Origin: Tubiluchus corallicola
Taxonomy: Eukaryota > Animalia > Priapulida
Length of the DNA: 64,000 nt
Direction of reading: 5' to 3'
NCBI GenBank assembly: GCA_030141605.1
Contig: JAQGDQ010000196.1
Coordinates: 186,001 to 250,000 of the forward strand
The first letter of the stretch is position 1; the number at the start of each line of letters is the position of its first letter. The position numbers were made by a program, and so were the translations under genes. Positions 48,186-61,199 of the stretch are shown here, one piece after another. The notes below the pieces were generated by a model that searched no databases, was not told the origin of the DNA, and saw only the letters and a program-made list of their open reading frames with translations.

Positions 48186-48203
48186 TCACGTGACAATGCA
48201 CAC
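48186..48203. promoter_or_regulatory. Overlapping E-box (USF/MiT type), antioxidant response element and metal response element core
   Basis: TCACGTGAC (48186-48194), GTGACAATGCA matching RTGACnnnGCR (48190-48200) and TGCACAC matching TGCRCNC (48197-48203), in the AS3MT/PPM1H divergent promoter. Motif matches are exact; function is untested. Confidence 0.55.
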
Positions 48204-48246
48204 CGTTGTGTACTTTACCTCCGCAAGGGTTTCTGGTTCGGCAACG

Positions 48247-48265
48247 CTACTGCCCTCTTGTGGAC
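48247..48265 (-). promoter_or_regulatory. CTCF-like binding motif
   Basis: Minus strand gtCCACAAGAGGGCAGtag closely matches the CTCF core CCASYAGRKGGCRS (one mismatch). Confidence 0.55.
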
Positions 48266-48426
48266 ATCTTCATTAAACTTTGCTTACTTGTTTATGTGTA
48301 TTACTTCTACGTTTTTTTTATAGTTGCAATGATTGTGTGTTTTGTACAATAACCACACAACAATAAAAAGTTTTAGTGTTTTACCTGAAGTACTGGTATC
48401 GGATATGGTCTGACAAATAGTTTAGT

Positions 48427-51400
48427 ATGTTCCGTCCGTTCAAGCATGTCTGGAGTAGTGTCGTTTGGTCTTTTGGAAGAGGTGGGGCGAAGGAAGATAA
48501 TGAAGGCTTGGTATCAAAATTTGAATACGGCCGCCCGGCTTTTCTCGGACTTAGTGCTGACGAGCTGCAAGTTGCTGCTGACCACTCCTTTCGGGCAATT
48601 ATTGTTCCAAGAGAAATCAGTCGTTTACCATGGAATGCTGGTTATGCTGAGTATGTGTTTGAAAAAAATATTACTAATCGCAAATACACGTGTAAATAAG
48701 CACAAAGACAATTAATAAGACAGTTACACTGATTAGCTAACAAGAAAAGTCCCCGTTAAAGCATTTGAATGAGAAAATATAGATTCCATTGCAGTTGTTC
48801 ACAGAAAAATATGTTACGCACCATCGTGCTGAGCAAACCCTGATTTCTGTCTCTTGCACCAATCTCTCGTCCACTTAGTGGCTATACACTATATTGGATA
48901 TGCTAGTTTGGTATCGTCAGCAAACTTGAGTAGCCGACTAACTACATTATCATCCATGTCATCTATGAAGATGAAAAATAACAGGGGTCTGAGGACACTT
49001 CCTTGTGGCACTCCTGATTGAACTGGGACTGTAGATGAGGCACAACCCTTGATTTCGACATATTGGAATCTGTCACTTAGCCATACCTTTATCCAGTTAT
49101 GCAGTTGTGCTTGAATACCATACATGCCTCAAGTTTAAGCAGCAATCTTCTATGTGGGACTTTGTCAAATGCTTTCGCCAAGTCTAGGTATACTATATCA
49201 AGAGAACTAGTGTGATCCGATGTGGAAAATACATGTTCAAAAAACTCCAGTAAATTACTTGTCACTAACCGTTTCCTGAGAAACCCATGTTGAGATCTTT
49301 TAAAATAATTGTTAGATTGCAAATAGACAAGTATTGCATTGACTACATGCCTCTCCAGCAGTTTGCCAACAGTACTGGTAATTGCAACTGGCCTATAGTT
49401 TCCAGGTTTATTTTTAGGTCCCTTTTTATGAATGATACTAATGCGAGATAACTTCCAATTACTGGGAACGTCACCCGTAGCTAAAGACTCTCTGAAGATT
49501 AATGTCAGTGGCTTGACCAGCAAATCAGCAGCCTTAACCAGTTTTTTTGGGTGAATTAAATCTGGTCATGCTGGTGCATTGGTTCTAGGTCCAAATAACA
49601 ATTTGTGTACATCATGCTGAGTTATGGTAACATTACATAAAACTCCACCCCCTTCTAGGTACTAGGTAAATTAGTCAGTTTCTCTGTAATAGAAACACTC
49701 TGGAACTGGATATTTAGAATTTCCGCCATTAGTCATGGGGCAGATGTTGTTTCATTGAAAGCAGTAGTAAGTGGACCAACCTTAGGACGACTTGTTTTGT
49801 TTGCAATAACATACAGCCAGAAAGAGCATGCATCATCTTTGATATTTAAGGCTAGCTTGGTTTCAAAGTTTCGTTCAGCACATCGTATAGTCGCTTAAGT
49901 CAGCTTTGCCTGTCTCTTGTACGTCAAAAGGTCTTGATAATCAAGTGTTTGTTTATAGACTGTGTACAAATGCTGTTTATTCCTAACAGCTTTGTTGCAA
50001 TTATAATTAAACCAAAGAGGTCTGCTACCATTACTGGAGCTATATTTGGGTACATATTTATGAATAGACTTGTGCATTCTGTCTTTAAAAAGATTCCAAC
50101 ACATGTAAACGTCACCCGAATGAAACAGGTGATCCCACGGGATCGATATCATTATAGTAGCAATAGATTCAAAATTGGCTTTGTGAAAATTGAAACCAGA
50201 ATTTAGTGGCTTCTTAAGAGATAACTGCACTACAGTTTGCCAAGATATAACTGCATGATCTGATGTGCCAAATTCCTCTCCAGCCTCTAGGTTTTGTACA
50301 AACAACTCACCCGGTACTAGTACTATATCAAGGGTAGTAAAGCCTCTTGTGGGGTCAACCACTATTTGATTAACGAAACGTTGTTGTGTAACATTAAGAA
50401 ATATACTAAAATTAGCATCCACCTTCAAAATAGACCAGTTTGTATTTGGAAGATTAAAGCCACCACAAAATAAAATTGGGTGAGCCAACAGCAGCAATAT
50501 CATGTATAAATTTAAATAAAAAGGAATCATTTTTAAATTAATGTTGATTTATAAAACCTTTGTTAATTTAACTAACATCTATTTGACTTATTAAAAGTTA
50601 TGGTACAAAATATATGCACGAAAATTAGTAACCAAACATTACCACCAACAACTAGTAAAATACAAGTAGAAGATATATGGGTAAACATAAAAACATCAAA
50701 CAATAAACCATCAATTATATTTGGAACTATCTATTGACATCCTAATAAGTCAGTAAAACATTTCCATGAAGAATTGGAGAACATTCTAAGAAAATTAATT
50801 CCAGCAGCAAACAAGCTTATATCTGTGGAGACTTAAATATGAACTTGATACAGCATGAAGAGATATCATCTGTTTCCAATTGTCTTAACATGTTATAAGA
50901 ACATAGATTTCATCCGGTTTTCACTCAACCTACTCGTTTAACTTCCAATTGCCAGACTCTTATAGACCACATTTATACTAACAATATTCATTATCCCTTG
51001 ATTACTGACATAATATTACATGAAGTTGCAGATCATCTAGCTATCTTTGCAATAGCTAATTCAGCATATATCAGCAAAACACTCACAAAAGTTAAGAAAA
51101 GAGACACACACCATTCCATTCTTCATAATTTTTTCGATAATCTTCAACTCTCAGTAACAGGTATTGACGCCCTTGATCCTTATGACAATAATGTAGCCTT
51201 CGCCTCATTCCTAGAAACCTTTAGACAAATGCTTGACAAACGTGCACCCACCTGATCTTTAACCTTAAAAAAGAAACTCTTTTCTTTTGTAAACCTTGGA
51301 TCACCACAGGTATCCTTAAATCTATTAAAACCAAAAGTAAACTGTATCGTTCGCACAAATTGTTTAAATTTGAATATAAAAATTTTTTATGAAGCTTACT

Positions 51401-54400
51401 CAAATACTTCAAATTAAGCTCAAAAAGAAAGTATTATGATAATCTCTTGCAAGTGAACAAGAACAATGTTAAAAAAACATGGTGTACTAGTGTATTAAAA
51501 GTAAAAAATAAAAAGCATATCATTCCCTCTAAAATTGATATCAATGGTAGACTAATTGGTGATCCTTATGATATAGCCAACTGTTTCAATTGTTATTTTC
51601 AATCAACAGGTACAAATATGGCTAAAAAACTCCACCTGCAAACTCTAGTTACCTTACATACCTAAATAAGTCCAACAATTCACTTTCTTCTACCCTGTCT
51701 CTCAAGAAGAAGTAAGCACAGCACTACATAAATTAGACATAAATAAGGCACTGGGTCCTGAAAATATCCCTGTTAAATTTTATCAGCTGGTAAGTCCTGT
51801 GATTACTCCTATTTTAACACAACTAAGTAATATGCCCATTGCACAACGCAGCTTCCCCAACTGTTTAAAAAATTTCCAAGGTTACACCTCTTTATAAAAC
51901 TGATTCCCCACTCACTCCAACTAATTATAGACCTATATCTATCCGTTCACCAATATCTAAAGTATCTGAGCATATTATTTATGACCGACTAAATAATTTT
52001 TTTACTCTACACAATATAACTAAATTTCAGCTTGGCTTCATCGACTGCATTTTCTACAGCAGGTTTCATTGAGAGCATGCTAAGCATACTTGACAACAAG
52101 TCTATTACATGTAGGACATTTCTTGACTTGTCAAAGGCCTTTGACACTGTTCAACATGACATTCTCCTCAATAAACTCAGGCACTATGGAATTTGTGGGC
52201 CTATCTTGGAATTAATCACATCATGCCTTTCAAACCACAAGAAATACACCAGCATTCACAACTCAAATTCAGATCTTCTTGAACGTGGTGTTCCTCAAGG
52301 TTCAATTCTTAGCCCTCTCCTATTTTTAATATACATTAATGACTTACAGTTTTCTTCCAATTTTAACACTCACCTGTTTGCAGATGACACGAGCCTCTTT
52401 CTAACTGACACTAAACTGGTATGACTTCAAAATAGACTGTCCAAAATTGACAACGGGATGAAAGCTAATAAATTATCTATAAATTACAGTAAAACTAAAT
52501 TTATGTTATTTCCTAAGAACCTGTCTTTAACTGAAACTTCAGCATTTAAAATTCAAATTAGAAAGAATAATATAATCTCAAACAACATGCATAAAATATC
52601 TAGGTATCAACATAGATAATGACTTAAAATGGTGCATACACATCAGTACAATAACTTCAAAATTGAATAGGACTGCAGGTGTCTTTTCGAAATTGCGACA
52701 TTCTATCAATGCACATACTCTTAAAATGGTCTACTACATGTTAATATATCCTTATCTTCAATATTGCATCCTTTCATGGCATAACCCAAACCAAAACATT
52801 CTCCAACCTCTAATCTCAGTACAAAACAAAATAGTAGAATTTGATACTTTTGCACATTACCGTGATCATGCAACACCTTCATATGCTAAACTGCACATAC
52901 TAAATATTCAAGACATTTACAAGCTGGAATTATTCAAAATAATGCACAACTTCAGTAACAACTCTTTTCCTGACCTATACACTAACTATTACACCAAGAT
53001 TCAAGACATCCACACTTACAGCACAAGATCTGCTACAAGGGGTCATTATTACCAACCTAGATTGAATACATCACATGGATTAAAAGCACTACAACATACA
53101 GGCACTAAATTGTGGAACTCCTTTCCACAAGATATATCGACAATACCATCTCTGACCACAGCCGTGAAAATTTTAAATACTACATGCGAACAATGTATCA
53201 TACAAATTAGACATCCTTTTACCTTCAATGTCTTTGTTCTTTTTCTCCTCCTAGACTCTCCAATTTTTCTACCTGGTAATTACTTAGCTTTCTTCTTTGT
53301 TATCCATTTAAATTCTTTTTTCCTAGACTAACGTGTGTGTCTTTTCACCATTTTTTAATTTTTTTCTATAAGTGTGGCTTTTCTTAGTACTACTTAATAT
53401 AATACAAATAACTGTTACTTACATTTCATTCTCATCAATACCCGAAACTAAACAAAATCTTCTTGTTTTCAACCAAACCATTTATTTCAAGCAGTAGTAC
53501 ATTGAAGATTACTATTTTCTTATACCTTAGTTTTTGTGACACCTTTGTGATTGTGTTTACTGATCGCAAAACATAATTTTCCTTGCCCCCCGTTATCATC
53601 CATCTTATTCCAAAAATTATTCATAACGATTAACATGCATTTGAATTATATAATAAGCCTATAAAAATATATTAATATTATTTTTCTAGTGATGACCTGT
53701 TTTACTTTGAGCCAAGCTACTAAAAACTAAATTCTGTAAACTAACAGTATATAAGGCAGACTCCTGTAGTCGTACACTGCCCTCACATGTTCTTCTGTTA
53801 TACATAGTTTCATTAATGGCTAATATGTATTCTATCACATGTGTGAAATAACTATGTCTTATATCTTATATTTGTTGCAGGGTGATAAACTCTGGAAAAT
53901 CAGTGAGAAATGAGGATCAAGCAGCTTGCGAAGTCTTTCAACTTGTTGATCCTGATGAGCTTCCATCTGCCACATCAAAGGGCAGAGTAGGGTCTAAGAC
54001 AGGAAATGTGGGGCTTGATCCTGATGCATTTGCTAAACAGTTACTTTCCACAACAGCAGTATGTGTTTTTAACCTTATATTGTAAGCAGTTTAAGTTATA
54101 CGCATATATAATGAACATGTACAATTCGACAAAACAGTGCTTATTAATGATAAACATTATCAGAATTTGCTGACTTTGCTTATTTCACACGTTTAAGTTG
54201 TTGGAAGTGTTGCTAACAGTTTAGGCAATGTGGTGTGTTATTTATTTTGAGTGCATATTTCTTCTACAGTACATGCCGCTAGTTTCTAAGGAAATGTAAA
54301 ATTTACATTTTCATATTACTATTACTAATATTCGTAATAGAACTATGCAGTTACATGCCCCATTCCACAATATGCTCTTTTAATGTTTATTACAAAGAAC

Positions 54401-57400
54401 ATTATGAGTGCTGTCATTATCTGAATTAAGCAACAATTTGATTCTGATGGCATGGTTGACAGTTAGATTCTTGTAAATATTGAGTAGGCGGATGTCTAAA
54501 TTTAGAAATGATAAACTTGCGCTTAAGATGGTGATGATAATCAATCTTGGAATTCTGTATATGTAGGATCACGAGGAGAGAAAAGTAGCATACTTTGCGG
54601 TATTTGATGGTCACGCTGGTTCCGGGGCGTCTGTCTTTGCATCTCGATTGCTTCATTTTCATTTACAAGTATGTCAAATTCACTTTATAATATTTAATAA
54701 CTATCCTGTAAAAAGAGAAGTCATCAGCTAAAAACTGGAAGTGCAAGATTTAAGGAAAAGTTTTTCTTTTTAAGTTATTCTTGGCAGTACATTATGACAT
54801 TCTGTTGCTGAGTTTTTGCATGTGCATCAAATAACATGCATGTTAGCAATTGCTCCTAATTTTTTGCATGATAATTGTACACGGACGCTAAAGGCAAAAC
54901 AGGAAAAAATGTGGTAAACAAAGAATGCAATTTAACAAACGTTAGGTGATTTCTTATATGATAATTAGTCTTAATTATCTGTATCATCATTAGACACGGA
55001 AAACTTACCAAGCAAATCACATAATCAATGCAGATTCTGATTATATCTGTATAATTTATCTGTATCATATACGTGTTTTGTATAATATACGTTTATCTGT
55101 ATAATATACGTCTTTTAAAATTTTCCAACTGCTGACTTTCCAACGTTGGCAAAAGTTAAGTGGGAATATATCTGAACAAAATTTGAATGTCAAAAATTTT
55201 TAACTTTAGATTTTGCATGTTTATAAATTCATCTCTAAGCCAAATTATGACATTGGATCAAACATAACAATTAGTTGACCTACACCATCACCGATGCTCA
55301 GTCTTAAAATACGGTAATGTTAACTTTTTTATTACTAATTAACTGTATTAATGCTGCTACTTATCAATTTGTAAACATTTTCAGGAGAAATTGAGTATTG
55401 CCCAAGAGTTACTGTATAAGCGTCTACAGAATGGGGATGTCATATGTGACGAGATGATAAAAGACATGAATAGGTTGTTTCCGGACATTAAACACATCAG
55501 CACAGATGAACTTGTAATAGGTGCCTTAGAACGTGCTTTCCAGGACATGGTATATTATGCATTTATAAGCAAATTATTAACAACTTATGACGAGTTAAAT
55601 GTTACTAGTGCTTTTTCCAATGACTTGCCTTTTTAAAAAATGTAAACATGCTTTGAAACGTCACCAGTGCATCCAACTGGCAACTTAATACTGAAAATTA
55701 CTTAAACACTCAATTGAAATAATCCAAAATATAGGAATCGCTGGTAAGTGTCTTATGAAATAATATGCATTACTATGGTTTTTGAATATATACGTGTGTT
55801 AAGCAATGAAAGTTTGCTCTTTAATTATATGTACTGCTGACTGTTGGTGTGGTTTATTTTGTACATATAGTCATGTGTGTATATTGCCACAGAATTCTTT
55901 GCCAATTCATAATGGTTAGTAATTTCTTTTCTCATTTCTCTCAGGACGTACAGATTGGTGTAGAGCGTCATGTGTACAAGATTTCCGGAGGATGCACCGT
56001 AATCGTTGCCATCTTTTTTCTTGGCAAATTGTATGTGGCAAATGCCGGTGACTGTCGGGCAGTGCTGGTGCATGCTGGGAAGACCCAGCAATTGTCACGA
56101 GATCACTCTCCAGAAGCTGAACGTCAGCGCTTGCAATATCTGGTACTGTACTGTACCTCTCATTGCCTTTGCTAAAGAATTCCTATTTCATTACACTAAG
56201 AAAATCTCTTAAAACGTGTCTCATTTTGTGACTTGAAGTCACACTAAACCTTCGCTATAATATAAACTTTTAAAACTTAAAATCCTACTTTCATTCCGAC
56301 CATTCAATTAATTTTATTATAAACTTGCTGTAAAAGTTGTTTCTTTTGATTTTTTACCACTTCATTGTTAGCGGTATTAAATTTGAAGAACTGCCATTTT
56401 TCATTGCGCGAGATGAAGGATGTTATGAGTACAGTCATGAGGTCACCAAAGATCAGTAAAAACACAAATCGGTAACCAAAGACGCTTTCTGTACAACGTA
56501 CATCATTCTCGCTCACTCGCGCCAAAGACGCGAAACACGGCCATCCTTACGGCATGCATGCATTCAAAATTTGCCAGAAAAGGTAAGTTATTTAATAGAT
56601 ATGTCTCTTTTGTTTAGTAATAACTATGAATGCTTTGTGTAATCATAATAAAGTGTTAAAATCTTCCGTGTCTGTTGGGGTTATATTACTTAAAGAAACA
56701 GCCAACGGTGCAAACCCTCAGTTGTATTTTAATATAAACTTCTAAAAATATTGAAATTACTACGTAATATACGCCCATTAAGTAACTTGCTTAAAAATGC
56801 AAAGAAATTAAATCATTTGTGTCTCCTGCCAAGCAAGTCTTGCTGCAGGCATATTGGAAAAGAATGACATAAAACTGGTAGGAAGTATGAAGGACGCATT
56901 GTGGGTAACATAGTGGGCAGCTAGATTCATCAAGAAGCTGAAAATGGTATTATTAATCTCTCATTTAACATATTGGATTGTTTGTAGTTCGTAATAGTAG
57001 CTGCAGTTGCAAAAAAGTTTCCTGCAGCACCTTGCGAGATAGGTGTTTATATTGCATAGAAACCAGATGGCTTCATTTTTTGTTTTGGGACTTTATATTG
57101 GCTTTACTAATTACGCAAGGTGGTTATCACGATTTTACTGCTGAAACTTTCTAACATCTTTCTCAAAATAAGCTTGACTTCTCAATAGATCTGTCTTTTG
57201 CTTTAAACAACTGAGTGGCTAAATTACATAGCTGCGCAGTTGACTAATATTTATTTTACCAAGTTAATAACTGCTAAATGGGTTGGTTACATTCTTAATT
57301 CCTGAACAGCTAATTGATATTTATTGGGCACAATTGTAAGTAAGTAACAAAGTATTAATATGTCAGTATTAGTATTAGTTAAGCAGCTGTAAGTTCATCA

Positions 57401-58987
57401 ACTAAGCTGTTATTAGTAGTAAGTCTCTGCCATGTGATGGCTTATCATCATTGAATTACTAACACAAATGTCAGCTTTTTGTTGTCTGTCGGACTAAATA
57501 TGCCTACCTTTGCTTGTCAAGTCGTTTTCTATGTGTTCAATTTTTCAATGAAATATGTAGTTGTTTTGATATTTATAGGTAAGTCTGCATGTCACAAGTT
57601 CTTATAATTCTCTAAGTAATGAACAATGAGAAGACAGCTAACAACAACCAACACCATGCCATACCACCCACACCACACCACCAAACCCACATTATGCCAC
57701 TTAACCCACATTAACCCAACACAAAGCCACGTCCACCACAACAATAACACCATGCTACACCTACCACAACAACCACACCATGCCACCCACTCACACCACC
57801 CACACCAAAGTACCCATACCACACCACTCACCCACACTACATCACACCATCCATCACATCACCCACCACACCCACCATCCACAGCACAGTTACCCCACGC
57901 ACTATATTGTACCACACCAAATCCAACACATCACAGTGATTATGATGATGACATTGATGACCACCCACCACAATATACCACACCCACCGTCGAGACCACA
58001 CTACACCACAAGACCACACCATGCCACAACAACCACACCACACCACCCACGCCAAAATACCCATACCATGCCACACCACCACACCACACAACACTATCCG
58101 CAGCACGCTCACCACACTCACCACATCACATGGTGATCATGATGATGATGACGACAACGATGACGACACTACAGCACCAACACCAACAAACAGCATCACA
58201 ACAAAACCATTTAAAACATTTTGCACAAAGTCAAAACGGTGTGCTGTAATAAATGCTCTTAGTCTGTCTACCAATAATCAGTAATGCACGGATGTTCTAT
58301 TTAGTTTTGCTTATTGCTTCTCAAATGATGATAAGCTAACAGAATATACTTACATGTAAAATCTATAACCCTGTAGAACGACTGGTGAAGACAATGCCTG
58401 GAGCAGCTCATAATTTCTCAAACTCTAAGACAGTGAATGTTCTAAATAGCAGGCAGCACAGGGGGTAGAACAAGAACTTCAAAATACACCCCTCCTATTT
58501 CGTCCAGTTTACATCTCCCCTAGTGAAACCTCCAGCACCTTGTAGACTGTTTTGTTCTCTTTCTGCGAGTGTGCATATTTTTTCCCAACGTGTCCAAACA
58601 GTTGCACGAATCCAGTTTTTCTTGAGGCTGTTTGTGCAGTTTTCTGCAAAATTTGAATGGTTGAGTCCGGGAAAACACCCGTTACGAGACTTTATAGCCA
58701 TCTCGCGAATTCTAAATATGCCTATAACACTCACCGTTGAACGGGCTATCTAACTATTACCAGCAACACCCCCGGCCCAGTTCCGATTTCTAGAAATAAG
58801 AGGTATAAATTTGCAAAAATGAGCAAAAAGGGCCATTTTTGAAGGCTTAGCCCTCCTCCACCCATTCCTCCCGATGTGTCCGATTAGAAAAAATAAACAC
58901 CCGGGTGCTAACCTGTGGATGGAGACCTTCCGTTTGACGTATAGATCACTGAAAATGGTGCCATCATCGGAGATGTAGCCTCTTCGG

Positions 58988-59033
<46 letters not shown>

Positions 59034-61128
59034 GCCACCGAAATTAATATATCAGATGAAATAGGCAGAAAGAAGGCTTTAAATTGTATAAATTGGCCTC
59101 AAGCAACTCTCGGTATGTTATTAAAGATTCAGTAGCTTCTGTTAGTTCATTAGCAAGCATTTACCAATGTGAACACATTTCCATTTTTTGTGTGATGGCT
59201 GAAGTGTCTTTGTTTTTACAGGCATGGTTAAAGCCACACCTGCTAGGTAATGATTTCTGTCATCTGGAGTTTCAACGCCGTCTAACTCGTGAGGACGTCG
59301 GACGGCAAGTTCTGTACAGGGATCAGAATATGACAGGATGGTAAGCCAAAATTTTATAACGAGTTTTCCCAACTTGAAAATGGCATTTAATATCATGTTG
59401 TGGCAGACTGGCAGCTGCACTGTCTTATTCTGTCACAGTATGTGTATGTTCTCTTTGTTAGGCAGATATAAACTGTTTCATTTATAGCTCCTTTTTATTT
59501 ATCAAAGTTATTAAATTTCCATTTTCTTTTTCCATTCTCTTTGTCATTAGTCAAGCTGATCATTAAGTTTGAAAAATTCGTTTCTTAAGGCTAGTTAAAT
59601 GAAGTTTCTGCTTTTGTCAACGTTTGTACATCTTGTGCATATTGTAGCACCATAATCAGAAGTGTATGTATGAAAATTACTCAAATTGTAAATGGGCTTC
59701 ATAATTTTAGTACTTTTCTACGATTTGACACCTTAGTAACAGCTCTCATATCGTAGGCCTTTGTTGTTGGTTGTAGCTGGACTGGTACCTAACTCTTTTT
59801 CAACAATAATATGAATTGAAGTACTGGCCTGGCAGAGGTGTCTTAGCAATGTTTGCATTAATGTTTTTCCTTAATGCGATAAATAGCTCAAGGCAGAATG
59901 GTAGATTAAACCACACAGAAATGATGAAGAAGTGGCCACCCATCCAGTTAGCAGCCAAACCAGTCATTGTCTAATTTCGGTTGATGAGTATACACCATGA
60001 TGTCTCAGCTGTTCCTTCACCTCACCAAACTGTTTTATTTTGCATAACTTCATTTTGTGGGATAAATATCATTTTGGTTGCTGAAAGTTTAAAAAAGATA
60101 TTAAGTTTTATAACATTAAAAGAAAAGAGAAAAATTTCACTGTATCATGGGTGGCATAACTGAATAAATGCAGCTATCCTGTACTATTCTTGTACTATAA
60201 TTCTCTTAGGACTGGAAAGCTGTAAAATTCATTTAAATAAGGCAGTTATTCATTTAAACAAGACATGAAAATGATCTGAGATCAAACAGTTTTAATATAT
60301 CATAATTGATCATGTCTGCTGCTAGCTTATGTTTTCTTAGTTTTCCCAATTTAACTTTCCCACTTTTTATTTTTACTGGTTGTGATATCAGTAACAGCGC
60401 CTCAACAAACCCTGAAGCTAATGTTGTGTGAGTAAGGTAAAACCTTTTCCCTCGCTTTGTGGTAGTAAAGAATGCAGCATGCTTCTAATTTTGCTCCTTG
60501 GTATCACCGTGCCATATGTTACATGTGTGCATCACGTGGCTTTGGCATTCAGTCTTGAGAGAAATCTTTAGTTTTGCTATCTGTTAATAACTTGAAGAAA
60601 GTATGTGCTTTTGTCGGCACATTGTGTGTTTTCTAGTTGCAGACTGTATATAATATTGACAAAACAATAGTGATTTTTGAGTTTTTGACCAAAAAAATGC
60701 TATCAAATTTTTCAGAAATGATTGAGTAATGTCTTTTAACAAGTGGCAACATTCTGATTTGGTTGGGCGTGTATTTGTGTGAGTGTGTCCATGACTCACT
60801 GTTATACTAGCTACTATAAATAAGTAATGTGGCCACCATGCTTTGTTATTATATGCCAAAAAGATTAGTGACTAATTAATCAGCTTCCTGGTTGTTAGTC
60901 CAAAAGTTAGTTCACCTGGTTAGCTAGTTAGTTGGTTAGTTGCCCACCTCATTGGTTATCTAAAAAATGACAAATCAAATAATGTCCAAATCAGACCACT
61001 AACTAAACTACAGTGCTTGTTTGACTCGCTGCCTGGCTGACTAATTGCCTGACTGACTGACTCACTGACTGAGTGATTGATTGACTGACGGAAAGGTAGG
61101 GAAACAAAAAGAGGGAGGGAGAGAGAGG

Positions 61129-61199
<71 letters not shown>

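Noticed and set aside
57592-58284. His/Thr/Pro-rich 207-aa ORF as a metal-binding protein
   Set aside because: It lies in a CAC/ACC low-complexity intronic tract that is open in several frames on both strands, with no splice or domain support.
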